From an uncultured bacterium (GTDB taxonomy: Bacteria; Verrucomicrobiota; Kiritimatiellia; RFP12; UBA1067): a stretch of DNA of 32,000 nt. Positions 9,001 to 17,531 of the stretch are shown piece after piece (within the stretch, counting starts at the first letter, position 1; every line of letters starts with the position of its first letter). Below the pieces are notes generated by a model. The model was not told where the DNA came from, ran no database searches, and was given only the letters and a program-made list of their open reading frames with translations. The stretch is taken from positions 12,682 to 44,681 of the forward strand of contig CACXPT010000024.1 in assembly GCA_902769585.1 (NCBI GenBank). The letters run 5' to 3'. Both the position numbers and the translations under genes were made by a program.

Positions 9001-9155
9001 CCTGGGTAGGAGGCGGAGACGCGGATCGTGGCGGGGGCGAGCTCAGGGTACTCGGCCACGGGAAGGTCGAAGAGGGCGATGCCTCCGCAGAGGGACATGA
9101 GGATGACCAGCACGAACGCGAATCGGGGACGGTCTATGAAGAATTGCGAAATCAT
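6063..9155 (-). CDS. RND (AcrB/HAE-1-like) efflux transporter permease
   Basis: MISQFFIDRPRFAFVLVILMSLCGGIALFDLPVAEYPELAPATIRVSASYPGASAQVV...FGLILVIGSLVDDAIVVVEN...GLSAKNAILMVEFAKQ. Start chosen at the internal Met after TATAATGGAGGC. The 3' end overlaps the convergent flavoprotein gene by 7 bp. Confidence 0.95.
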   Translation of the reverse strand: MISQFFIDRPRFAFVLVILMSLCGGIALFDLPVAEYPELAPATIRVSASYPGASAQVVADSIAIPVEDQINGVENLLYYSSSCDNNGSYSCSVTFKSGADTDMALVNLQNAVKRAERKLPSTVKQQGISVQKRNSDMLALWAFTTDGTKQSLQQLGDYVEKNIKEAVMRLDGVSVAEVMASREYAMRIWLDPVRMASLNLSITDVSSAIEKQNVQAAAGTVGSEYASRYLSYKLNAEGRLKSADEFADIVVRSDPATGGQVLLGDVARIELGSKSYSGKSLMNGKEAIVLSVYKTPEANALAVVKRVKAELAEWDKRLPAGVEMETVHDATAFTLVFMKAIVSTLFMALGLVVLITWLFLQDWRATIVPAAAIPVSLLATFIFVWAFGYTINILTMFGLILVIGSLVDDAIVVVENTQTLMATEGLSAKEAAKKSMRQITSAVIATTLVTIACYIPLVFYGGMVGKMYIQFAFTMCVALSLSTCVALTLSPVLCSLLLRKPGKPSRLFAPVNIAIDGSRKVYLAVAGLLVRRGIVTALLFAAACAGVWFAKDMVKETLLPDEDKGNITIDIELAQGATLKRTNQVLEDIQARIKDIPGIAGIMLMSGSGAMSGSGENCGQGMVALDHWDMRRTPDKSVKAIIAEIMRRTADVHAARIRCFTSPPIMGLGRVGGVGFNLCSDAGATSAELAATAEKFARQVSALPEAAMVMNTFRADTPQLRLTLDRRKAEILGVSPSAVFAMLQNKLASVYVNDFTLGGSAYEVIVQSAGSYRASVEDVADLHVTTASGASVPLSAIANITYEVGPKQVTRFDKMPSASLNAQAAPGVAGLTLIKAIEKLTPPEGYHIEWSEMSRQEKENEGRLGFLMGMAALFAYLFLVAQYESWTVPLSVMCSILFALGGAYVGLWVTGTPMSIYAQLGMVMLIGLSAKNAILMVEFAKQQRDTGLSVTDAAMKGADLRFRAVQMTAWSFLCGVLPLVLASGAGAGSQKAIGISTFSGMLAATFVGICFTPGLYAIFQRLRELIRRLH

Positions 9156-9234
9156 GCCTCCATTATAGCATAGTCGCGGCGAGGTTGGACGGGGTGAGGG
9201 TATTGTGGTAAAATGTGCGCAAAGGAAACAAGCC

Positions 9235-9507
9235 ATGATGACGAGAAAAGAAGAGAGCAGCGAGTTCTGGATGCTCACGAAGGGCATCTTGCAGGATACG
9301 CGCGTCGATACAGACGAGGCGTTGGTCATAAAGCGCTGGCTGGAGGAACATCAACGTGCGGGCGAGTTCGCCCATGTGATCGAGACGCTCGGGAAGTTCT
9401 TGACGGACCGCTATATTGATCGTTTCGAGTCTAAGAACTTGTGCGACATGATCGGCGGCGTGCTTACTACGCTTCGCCAGGCCGCGACGTCCGAGCAGGT
9501 CTGCTAA
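9235..9507 (+). CDS. Small hypothetical protein between the RND genes
   Basis: MMTRKEESSEFWMLTKGILQDTRVDTDEALVIKRWLEEHQ... There is a possible promoter just upstream (ttggac-N18-taaaat). No family recognised with confidence. Confidence 0.6.
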   Translation: MMTRKEESSEFWMLTKGILQDTRVDTDEALVIKRWLEEHQRAGEFAHVIETLGKFLTDRYIDRFESKNLCDMIGGVLTTLRQAATSEQVC

Positions 9508-9527
9508 TCCGTTTTCTGGGATATGCC

Positions 9528-10598
9528 ATGGAGATGAAACTCGTGCGGTTTCTTGGTGTGCTGGCGGCTGGGGTCGCCTGTGCGTCGCATGCGGCGACGG
9601 TGACGCTGCCGGTGGCGGAGGTGGCGCAGGCCCCCGATCCGCAGACGAAGACCTTTCCCGCAAAGGTGCTGCCTGTGCAGCGCGTGGACGTGACTCCGGA
9701 GGTGAGCGGCGACATCATCGAGGTATGCTTCAAGGACGGTGCGCTCGTGAAGGCGAACGACGTCCTCTACAGGCTTCTCTCGATCAGGTACACGAGCGCT
9801 CTCAAGAACGCTCAGGCGAAGGTTGCCGAGTGCAAGGCGAAGAAGGAGTTCGCCGACGCGGCCTACGAACGCCACACGAAGCTTTCCTCGGGGGCCGTCT
9901 CGCAGAACGTGATGGATAGCGTCAAGAGCGAGCGCGAGATCGCCACGGCCGCGCTCGCCGCCGCCGAGGCGGAGCTGGCGGTGGCCGACTACAACCTGAA
10001 GCGGTGCCAGATACGCACGCCCATCGACGGACGCACCGGCACCACGCGCCTCACGAAAGGCAATCCTGCCTCGCCGTCCACTCCGCTCGTGACGGTGGTG
10101 CAGCTCCAGCCTATCCGCGTGCGATTCTCTCTCTCGAACGCGGACTACCTCACGATGTTCGGCGCGCACGGTCGGACGATCGCCGAGAAGGGGGAAGTGA
10201 CCGTGACGCTTGCGAACGGGACGCCGTACGCCGAGACTGGGACGATCGAGTACACGGAGAACATTACGGACGAGACGACGGACACTATACGCGTGTATGC
10301 CACCTTCCCCAATGCCGACTACATCCTCAAGCCCTACGCGGCGGTTGGCGTGACGCTTCGCCACAAGGACGGCGTGAAGAAGTGCGCCGTGCCGCCGTCC
10401 GCCGTCATGCAGGACTCGGAAGGGGCATGCGTTTGGGTCGTCGGGAAGGACGGCAAGGCCGAAAAGCGCCGTATCGTGCGCGGACGCCTCTCGGGCGACC
10501 TCCAGTTCGTCGAGTCCGGTCTTACGGCCGGCGAGCGCATCGTGACCGACGGCACGCACAAGGTGTCGTCCGGCGATACGGTGACGCCGGCAAAGTGA
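9528..10598 (+). CDS. RND efflux periplasmic adaptor (membrane fusion protein)
   Basis: Signal peptide, then FPAKVLPVQRVDVTPEVSGDIIEVCFKDGALVKANDVLYRL...AELAVADYNLKRCQIRTPIDGRTGTTRLTKGN...VPPSAVMQDSEGACVWVV. Typical HlyD/AcrA architecture. Confidence 0.92.
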   Translation: MEMKLVRFLGVLAAGVACASHAATVTLPVAEVAQAPDPQTKTFPAKVLPVQRVDVTPEVSGDIIEVCFKDGALVKANDVLYRLLSIRYTSALKNAQAKVAECKAKKEFADAAYERHTKLSSGAVSQNVMDSVKSEREIATAALAAAEAELAVADYNLKRCQIRTPIDGRTGTTRLTKGNPASPSTPLVTVVQLQPIRVRFSLSNADYLTMFGAHGRTIAEKGEVTVTLANGTPYAETGTIEYTENITDETTDTIRVYATFPNADYILKPYAAVGVTLRHKDGVKKCAVPPSAVMQDSEGACVWVVGKDGKAEKRRIVRGRLSGDLQFVESGLTAGERIVTDGTHKVSSGDTVTPAK

Positions 10599-10669
10599 TG
10601 GCCGGATCAACGGTGCGTCAGCGCACCGGGGCACGGCACACGTGACGGACAAGTAAAAGGAGAAGCAAA

Positions 10670-11767
10670 ATGACGTGCACAAGCAGAAGAGACTTTATTC
10701 TGTCGGCGGCGGCTGCCGCCGCAACGGGAGTCTTGGCCGGCGGCTCTGCGGCGGTCACGCCGGACTGGAATCCGCCGGGACGCTGGCGCGGCGTGAACCT
10801 GCTCGGGATGTTCCGGTGCCACTACACCGGTCTGGCGGACGATCCGCGCGTGGACGGACATTTCGTCGAATGGGAGTTCAAGGCGCTGCGCGAGTGGGGC
10901 TTCAACTTCGCGCGCCTCCCGCTGGACTACCGCGCCCTGACGGCAGGCGATGACTGGTACAACCTCGCGGAAGACAAGATGCGGTTCCTCGACGAGGCCG
11001 TCGGCTGGGGACACCAGTACGGCATCCACGTCCAGCTATGCTTCCACCGCATCCCCGGCTACTGCATCCTGGACCAGTCCGAGGCTTTTCCGCTCGGCAC
11101 GAGCCCTGTCGCGCAGGATGCCGCGTGCAGGATGTGGGCGGCTTTCGCGAAGCGGTGGAAGGACGTGCCGAACGAGGAGCTCTCCTTCAACCTGTTCAAC
11201 GAGCCGACGCGGCACACGTCCGGCAAGAACTACCTCCCGCTCGTGAAGATGCTGATCGCCGCGATCCGCAAGGAGGATCCGAAGCGCTACATCATGGTGG
11301 ACGGCAACTCGTGCGCGTCCACGCCGTTGCCGGAACTCTACTCCTTGCCGGCCGTGGGCCAGGCGTTCCGCGGGTATACGCCGCACGTCATAACGCACTT
11401 CGGGGCGGATTACATCGCGGGCATCCCTCCGAACCCGCCGACGTGGCCGCTCGCGCCGGGTTATGGAACGCCCTTCGGACGCAAGTCGCCGGAAGAGTCC
11501 GTCGCCAAGTACCAGTCCGCCATCGACGCGGGCGAGTACTGCATGGTCGGCGAGTTCGGCTGCCGGAACAAGACGCCGCACGGCGTGACACTGGCATGGA
11601 TGGAGCACTGCCTCAAGCTCTGGAAGTCGAAGAACCTAGGCTGGGCGCTCTGGAACCTGCGCGGGCACAACGGTTTCTTGGATTCGGGCCGCATGGACGT
11701 CGCCTACGAGGACTTCAACGGGCACAAGCTAGACCGCAAGATGCTCGAACTGCTGCAGCGGTATTGA
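10670..11767 (+). CDS. Glycoside hydrolase family 5-like (cellulase/endoglucanase superfamily), secreted (Tat-like signal)
   Basis: SRRDFILSAAAAAATG signal. WRGVNLLGMF, WGFNFARLPLDY, LSFNLFNEPTRH (NEP acid/base motif), YCMVGEFGCRN (nucleophile motif). Confidence 0.88.
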   Translation: MTCTSRRDFILSAAAAAATGVLAGGSAAVTPDWNPPGRWRGVNLLGMFRCHYTGLADDPRVDGHFVEWEFKALREWGFNFARLPLDYRALTAGDDWYNLAEDKMRFLDEAVGWGHQYGIHVQLCFHRIPGYCILDQSEAFPLGTSPVAQDAACRMWAAFAKRWKDVPNEELSFNLFNEPTRHTSGKNYLPLVKMLIAAIRKEDPKRYIMVDGNSCASTPLPELYSLPAVGQAFRGYTPHVITHFGADYIAGIPPNPPTWPLAPGYGTPFGRKSPEESVAKYQSAIDAGEYCMVGEFGCRNKTPHGVTLAWMEHCLKLWKSKNLGWALWNLRGHNGFLDSGRMDVAYEDFNGHKLDRKMLELLQRY

Positions 11768-11830
11768 TCCGGCGCGGAATACGGAACCGCAAGACGAAGT
11801 CACGTAGTTCCTGCGTACGTCCGGCGGGAT

Positions 11831-11841
11831 TTTGCTATACT
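11831..11841 (+). promoter_or_regulatory. Extended -10-like promoter element 7 nt before the start codon
   Basis: tttgcTATACT, then atgcgcc, then ATG at 11849. No clear -35 match. Confidence 0.4.
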
Positions 11842-11848
11842 ATGCGCC

Positions 11849-13657
11849 ATGGAGAACATCAGGCCCATACTGTACGGCGTGGCGGACTATGCCGAGCTGC
11901 GCAAGGCGAACGCCTGGTTCGTGGACCGCACCGCGAAGATCCGCGACCTGGAAGCGACGCGCTACGCGATGTTTTTGCGTCCGCGCAGGTTCGGGAAGTC
12001 GCTCTGGACGTCCATTCTCGAGGCGTACTACGACGTGCGCTACGCCGACCGTTTCGACGAGTTTTTCTCTGGGACGGACATCGGGGCTAATCCGACGGAC
12101 GAGCACGGCAAGTATCTTGTGCTGAGATTCGACTTCGCGTCGATCACAAAGGACGAGGAAAAGGTTCAGGGAGACTTCGACTACAAGGCGTCGCTGCAGT
12201 GCGACACATTTGCGAGAAACTACAGAGAGATTCTCTCGGACGAGCTCGCAGACCGCATCCTGAACGCGCCGGACATCGGAAAGAAGCTTGCGCAGATATA
12301 CCTTGGCCTCAAGGGGACGGACAAAAAGCTCTACGTCATCATCGACGAATACGACAACTTCACGAACACCATACTCGCCGAGCATGGACAGGCCGTGTAT
12401 GACAGTCTCTGCCACGGCGATGGATTCTTCAAGGACTTCTTCACGTCGCTCAAGTCTGCGACTTCCGGTACCGAAGCGCCCGTGACGCGTCTATTCATAA
12501 CCGGCGTGTCGCCCGTGACGATGGACGACGTGACGAGCGGCTTCAACATCGGGACGAACATCTCGCTCGACCCGCAGTTCGCCGACCTGACCGGATTCCG
12601 CCACGATGACCTCCGCGCCATCGCCGACTACTACGCCCCGTGCTGCGGCTTCGACGCCGACAAGGCGTACAACGCAGCGCTCGCATGGTACGACAACTAC
12701 CGCTTCGGCAGCGTGGACGCGCCGGCGCTCGCCAACACGACGCTCGTCCTCTCGCTTTTCAGCCATCTGTGGCGCACGAAGCAGTTCCCCGACGACTTCA
12801 TCGACGAGAACCTGCGTACCGACTACGCGAAGATACGCCATCTCATCACGGCGGACAGGCGGCTCAACGGCAACTTCCATGTCCTTGAGAATCTGCTGGC
12901 GGGAGGTTCGCTGTCGGAGCGGCTCGTGAAGTCGTTTCAGGCACGGGAGCTTTCGCAGAAGGAGAACTTCACGTCGCTCCTCTATTGGCTCGGCATCACC
13001 ACGATCACTGGCGGCAAGTTCGGGAAGATGGAGTTCGGCGTCCCGAACGAGACGCTGAAGGAGCTCGCGGCGAAGATCATACCCGCAGCCTACGCCGATG
13101 TCCACAAGATCGACGAGAGGGTGTATGGCATCAATGACGGGCTCTGCGAGTTCGCCGACAATGGAAATTGGCGCGGATTTGTCGGGACGCTTGCAGAGAT
13201 CGCGAAGGAGAACTTCGCGGTGCGCGACGCGGTCGAGGGCGAGAAGGTGGTGCAGTCGACGCTCGTCGCGCTGCTCTGCGCCGCCGGCGGGCCGTATTTC
13301 GTCCGGCACGAGCGCGAGGCGGGCGGAGGGTTCTACGACATCGCCCTCGTGCCGCAGCTCTCCCGCTGGCCGGACATCGCGCACGCCGCGCTCATCGAGA
13401 TGAAGTACGTGAAGGCGGGCGATCCTGCGCCGACGGCGGAAGAGCTCGCGAAGATCAAGGCCGAGGCCATTGAGCAGCTTGATCGGTACTCTTCCGACCC
13501 GGCCCTTGTATCTGCTTGGCACCTTGCCCCTCAACCTTCAAACTCTCAACCTTCAAACTCTCAAACTCTCAAACTTTCAAACTTGCAAACAGTTGCCCTC
13601 CACCGTCTCGTCCTCGTGTTCCACGGAGGCGATGCGCTGCTGGCGGAAGAGGTGTAG
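11849..13657 (+). CDS. AAA-ATPase-like / PD-(D/E)XK nuclease-like (DUF1703-type) protein
   Basis: ILYGVADYAELRKANAWFVDRTAKIRDLE...AMFLRPRRFGKSLWTSILEAYYD, LYVIIDEYDNF, LFITGVSPVTMDD, HAALIEMKYVKAGD. C-terminal LHRLVLVFHGGDALLAEEV. Confidence 0.88.
   Translation: MENIRPILYGVADYAELRKANAWFVDRTAKIRDLEATRYAMFLRPRRFGKSLWTSILEAYYDVRYADRFDEFFSGTDIGANPTDEHGKYLVLRFDFASITKDEEKVQGDFDYKASLQCDTFARNYREILSDELADRILNAPDIGKKLAQIYLGLKGTDKKLYVIIDEYDNFTNTILAEHGQAVYDSLCHGDGFFKDFFTSLKSATSGTEAPVTRLFITGVSPVTMDDVTSGFNIGTNISLDPQFADLTGFRHDDLRAIADYYAPCCGFDADKAYNAALAWYDNYRFGSVDAPALANTTLVLSLFSHLWRTKQFPDDFIDENLRTDYAKIRHLITADRRLNGNFHVLENLLAGGSLSERLVKSFQARELSQKENFTSLLYWLGITTITGGKFGKMEFGVPNETLKELAAKIIPAAYADVHKIDERVYGINDGLCEFADNGNWRGFVGTLAEIAKENFAVRDAVEGEKVVQSTLVALLCAAGGPYFVRHEREAGGGFYDIALVPQLSRWPDIAHAALIEMKYVKAGDPAPTAEELAKIKAEAIEQLDRYSSDPALVSAWHLAPQPSNSQPSNSQTLKLSNLQTVALHRLVLVFHGGDALLAEEV
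13530..13591 (+). repeat. In-frame nested tandem repeat (15-bp x2, then 8-bp x4 degenerate)
   Basis: CTCAACCTTCAAACT at 13530-13544 and 13545-13559, then CTCAAACT, CTCAAACT, TTCAAACT, TGCAAACA. Confidence 0.9.
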
Positions 13658-13675
13658 GCAAAAGAAGGGGAATGA

Positions 13676-14890
13676 ATGGCGGGGTTCCGGTCGATGGCGA
13701 ATAGGAACATGAGGCCACAGACTGGCAACAAGCGCGTGGTGATCGCGCTGCAGATGGCGGGCAAGCCCGGACAACGAAAGATGTCCGGCATTCTAGACTA
13801 TCTGGCGGAAAAGGATCTGCGCTGGGAAATCCGATTCGTGCGGCATCGCGAAGACTTCTCGCCTGATTTCGTTCGCGCGCTCGCCGCAAATCCGGTAGAC
13901 GGCATCCTGTATTCGTTCGACACCGTACCGACCGTCGAGGCGGAGCTGGCGAAGATCGACATCCCGACCGTCGGCCTGGACGTGTTCGACCAGTCGCCGC
14001 TGTGCGGGCGCACGCGGAATCTGGCGCTTGTGGTCGGAGATTGCGCGGCAGTGGGGCAGGCGGCGGCGGACTTGCTGCTGGATTCAGGCGTCTTTCGCCG
14101 TTTCGCGTTTGTGCCGGACGTACATCACCGCATCTGGGGAAAACTTAGGGGTCGGGCATTCATGGAACGTCTGAAGGCGCATGGCTTTTCGGCGGATACC
14201 TATCGCCGCTCGCGCGGGGCTGCAAACGATGTCGCTGAGTTGGTGGCGTGGCTGAAGGGACGTCACAAGCCCTGCGGCGTGTTCGTCGCGTTCGACGACC
14301 GGGCGCTGGACGTGATGGAGGCCTGCCGCATGGCCGAGATTCGCGTGCCGCAGGATGTCGCCGTCGTCAGCGTGGACAACGACGAGATGCTGTGCGAACA
14401 TACGGTTCCCGCGTTGACGAGCATCCAGCCCGACCATGTGGCGCAGGGCCGCCTTGCGGCAGAACTGCTGTGCGGGATGATGGAGGGGCATGTCACAACC
14501 ATGGTTCGCCGCGAAAGTTGCGGCATCAGGCAGGTGGCGGTGCGCGAATCGACGCCGAAGGTCTCGAACGCCGGACGCCTTGTGCAGCGGGCTGTCGCCT
14601 ATATTCAGTCTCATGCGACGAAGGGGATCGGCGTCAGGGAGGTGGTCGCGCACCTCAAGTGTTCGCGCCGGCTGGCCGATCTCCGCTTCCGCGAACTGCA
14701 GGGGATGTCCATCCTCGAGGCCATCCGCAAAGTTCAGATGGACGAGGTGTGCCGCCTCCTGCGCACGACCAATCTTTCTACGTCCGCCATCGCCGCCCAG
14801 ACGGGCTTTGCCAGCGCGAAGCACCTCCCCGAACAGTTTAAGGCCGCTTTCGGTTGCTCGATGGGCGCGTATAGAACCACGATTGCCTAA
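13676..14890 (+). CDS. XylR-type transcriptional regulator (LacI-like sensor plus AraC-family helix-turn-helix)
   Basis: Periplasmic-binding-like sensor (VVIALQMAGKPGQRKMSGILDYL...CGVFVAFDDRALDVMEACRMAEIRVPQDVAVVSVDNDEMLCE) plus C-terminal AraC HTH (VQRAVAYIQSHATKGIGVREVVAHLKCSRRLADLRF...TNLSTSAIAAQTGFASAKHLPEQFKAAFG). The true start may be slightly downstream. Confidence 0.9.
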   Translation: MAGFRSMANRNMRPQTGNKRVVIALQMAGKPGQRKMSGILDYLAEKDLRWEIRFVRHREDFSPDFVRALAANPVDGILYSFDTVPTVEAELAKIDIPTVGLDVFDQSPLCGRTRNLALVVGDCAAVGQAAADLLLDSGVFRRFAFVPDVHHRIWGKLRGRAFMERLKAHGFSADTYRRSRGAANDVAELVAWLKGRHKPCGVFVAFDDRALDVMEACRMAEIRVPQDVAVVSVDNDEMLCEHTVPALTSIQPDHVAQGRLAAELLCGMMEGHVTTMVRRESCGIRQVAVRESTPKVSNAGRLVQRAVAYIQSHATKGIGVREVVAHLKCSRRLADLRFRELQGMSILEAIRKVQMDEVCRLLRTTNLSTSAIAAQTGFASAKHLPEQFKAAFGCSMGAYRTTIA

Positions 14891-14984
14891 AATCGGGTTA
14901 TTTTTTGCCTGTAACGGGATTGTGCGTGAGGATGGGTCTATGGTAAACTTCTAACCAACCTATGCCAAGAAAGGACATCGTGCG

Positions 14985-17510
14985 ATGATGGAAAAAGGAA
15001 TGGAAAGAGTTTTCGGCGAAAAGCTGTGTGCGGGTGTGCCGCCTGTATTTGTCGCCATAGCGCTCGCGATAGTCGCGCGGAGTGCGGCAGCCGTTGTGGT
15101 TGATGGCGTGGCGTATGATGCCACCACGGGGTACGTGCTGATGAGTGCGAACGATACTGGGGAATACAGTTCCGTGACAGGTGCATTACACTGGGTCGGA
15201 CAGACGGAGCCGCCTCAACCCGACAAGAACTATTTTATCCAAACTAGCAAAATCTTACGGACTCCGAAGAACGGGAATACCGCCGCATTTCCTCTCCTCA
15301 CGTTTGCCGGTCAGTCGCTGACGCTTGGCGGCGGACAGATCACGCATGCGCTCAACTCTGGCATGGGCGAGGACAAAACGCCTGGTATTGCATGGGGCAA
15401 TCTGCGGATATTGGGCGGCAAATACATCGCCGGTTGCCAGTTGAATGTCATTAAGAACAGCCAGATCTCATTTGTGCCGACCAGCTTGGGACCCGTCGAA
15501 TTTGACTTCAACCAGACTAGTCCTGGAACTAAAGGCACGGGACTCTATTTCAGGCAAACAACATTCTCCAACACTAGTTCGGGCGCGACGGCAATCTTTT
15601 ACAATTCAAAGCGGACCGACAGTACGGGAATAATCTTCCGCGACTGCGATTTTAGCGGCTTCAATGGATCGTTTCAATTCGGCAAGCAAGGGATAGGCAC
15701 ATCTACATACGCCGACTTCGGCAACGGAACCGTATTCCCCGGTACGGTTGTGATTGAGACCAATGCCGAGTTTCACGCAACGGCAACTTCTGGAAGCCTG
15801 ACGCTGGACGCCTTGACGATTAAGCAAGGTGGAGTTTTCTATTTTCCAAAGACAGGCGTGACATTGAATGTCGGGACTTTGCGTAACGAGGACGGACGCA
15901 TGGTGAGTTTAGACAGCGCGTCTGCGCCAGGAATCGTGAACGTGACGAACAATTTCGTGACGGATCGGACGCTTGTCTTGTCGGGGTTTGGCTACACCGT
16001 CACTACAGGTACTGCGCAAACGGCGTCGATACCGTTCATGTCGGTTCCCGAGGGGACAACGATACATGACGGTCTGTTCGAGTACAAGCCTGTTTCGGGT
16101 GGTCTGCCCAACATCGTCGTATCGTCAGAGACTGTCGGTGGCACGATTTGCCTAAGCGTTGCGAAGAAGGAGATTGAGACGATCAAGAACAGGGATTCCA
16201 GCGCGAATGGCGGCTCGTCGTTTCAGGAGTCCAGAACCTCCAACTGGTCGGATGGGCGGCAGCCGCATTCCGGGGTGGACTACGTGGTGGGTCTTTCTGG
16301 TTACGGCAACCAGCTGATGACGGGCGACACGACCGGCGCTGCCAACGCGGCGGCTGGTGCCTGCATGTTCGCGGGCGACTCCTTCACGGTGTTGGGCGGG
16401 ACGATGGCGCTCTGCGACGTCTACCTGAATGTCTTTTCAAACTTGACGGTGGTAGCTGGCGGCACGATATCCGCTTTTACCGGCCAGGGACGCGCTAACG
16501 TGTTGCGAGGTAACACGCTGACGCTTTTGCAGTCGTCTACATCGCCCTCTGCGCTGATCTCTTGCCAGGGCGGCGCATGGCTCGTGGTGGAGAATGAACT
16601 TCTTGGAAGCGCCGACCTGGACATCTGCCGCCATTCCAACGCTTCGAAAATGTACGCCTGCCTGATTGACCTGCGCGCGTTAAATACGAACTACACGGGG
16701 CGCATTACACTGGCTTGTGGCGGCTGGCGCACCGGGACGAACTGGGAAGGGGACAACATGTCCAGGCAAGTCACCCTCAACGTAGACGACGCGCGTAACC
16801 TGGGCGGCCCGCTGGCGTCTTTCACGTATGACGCGCTGCGCGTCCGAGATTGCCAGATCCTGTCGGTCACGAACGACGTGGCGTTCACGGAGCAGACGCG
16901 CGGGCTCTTCATCGATGGATGCGCCCGCTTCAACGTGGCTTCCGGCAAGACGCTGACGCTGGCGCAGCCGCTGACGTTCGCCGGCAAGTTGCGCAAGGAG
17001 GGCGCGGGCATGCTTGCGATGGGCGGCACGGTGGCCTTCACGGCGGACCGTCTTTCCGATCCGGACGGACTTGACGGCACAAACGTGCTGGAGGTGGTCG
17101 AAGGTTCCGTCAAACCCCTTTCCAAGACGGCTGCCGACGGTCTTGCCTTCTCGTTCGCAAGCGGAACATCTCTCGCGCTCGACATCGCGCCGTCCAATGC
17201 CGACATGGCGCAGTATGGCCTCTACGACGTGAAGGCGGATGCGCCCGTCACGCTAGCCGAGGGCATGCCCACGCTGCCGGTGACGCTCAACACGGACGGA
17301 ATCGCCGAACCGGCCCCTGTCTACGAAGTGGCGCTTGCGACGGTCAAGGACCGCACGCTGGCCACGGCATTGAAGGGACGGCTGTCCGTGACGAAGCCGT
17401 GGCCGAACTACGTGGCCGAGTTGTCCCTGCGCGACAATCCGGGCGATGGGAACAGCTGTACGGTTGTCGCGCGGATTCGTCTGGCCGGGCTGACGGTCAT
17501 TTTCCGGTAG
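14985..17510 (+). CDS. Large secreted/surface beta-strand-rich protein (autotransporter-like passenger architecture)
   Basis: N-terminal hydrophobic signal VFVAIALAIVARSAAA. Repetitive Gly/Thr/Ala-rich beta-strand segments. C-terminus ARIRLAGLTVIFR. Confidence 0.75.
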   Translation: MMEKGMERVFGEKLCAGVPPVFVAIALAIVARSAAAVVVDGVAYDATTGYVLMSANDTGEYSSVTGALHWVGQTEPPQPDKNYFIQTSKILRTPKNGNTAAFPLLTFAGQSLTLGGGQITHALNSGMGEDKTPGIAWGNLRILGGKYIAGCQLNVIKNSQISFVPTSLGPVEFDFNQTSPGTKGTGLYFRQTTFSNTSSGATAIFYNSKRTDSTGIIFRDCDFSGFNGSFQFGKQGIGTSTYADFGNGTVFPGTVVIETNAEFHATATSGSLTLDALTIKQGGVFYFPKTGVTLNVGTLRNEDGRMVSLDSASAPGIVNVTNNFVTDRTLVLSGFGYTVTTGTAQTASIPFMSVPEGTTIHDGLFEYKPVSGGLPNIVVSSETVGGTICLSVAKKEIETIKNRDSSANGGSSFQESRTSNWSDGRQPHSGVDYVVGLSGYGNQLMTGDTTGAANAAAGACMFAGDSFTVLGGTMALCDVYLNVFSNLTVVAGGTISAFTGQGRANVLRGNTLTLLQSSTSPSALISCQGGAWLVVENELLGSADLDICRHSNASKMYACLIDLRALNTNYTGRITLACGGWRTGTNWEGDNMSRQVTLNVDDARNLGGPLASFTYDALRVRDCQILSVTNDVAFTEQTRGLFIDGCARFNVASGKTLTLAQPLTFAGKLRKEGAGMLAMGGTVAFTADRLSDPDGLDGTNVLEVVEGSVKPLSKTAADGLAFSFASGTSLALDIAPSNADMAQYGLYDVKADAPVTLAEGMPTLPVTLNTDGIAEPAPVYEVALATVKDRTLATALKGRLSVTKPWPNYVAELSLRDNPGDGNSCTVVARIRLAGLTVIFR

Positions 17511-17531
17511 AACGTCCACGAGAGGAATGTT

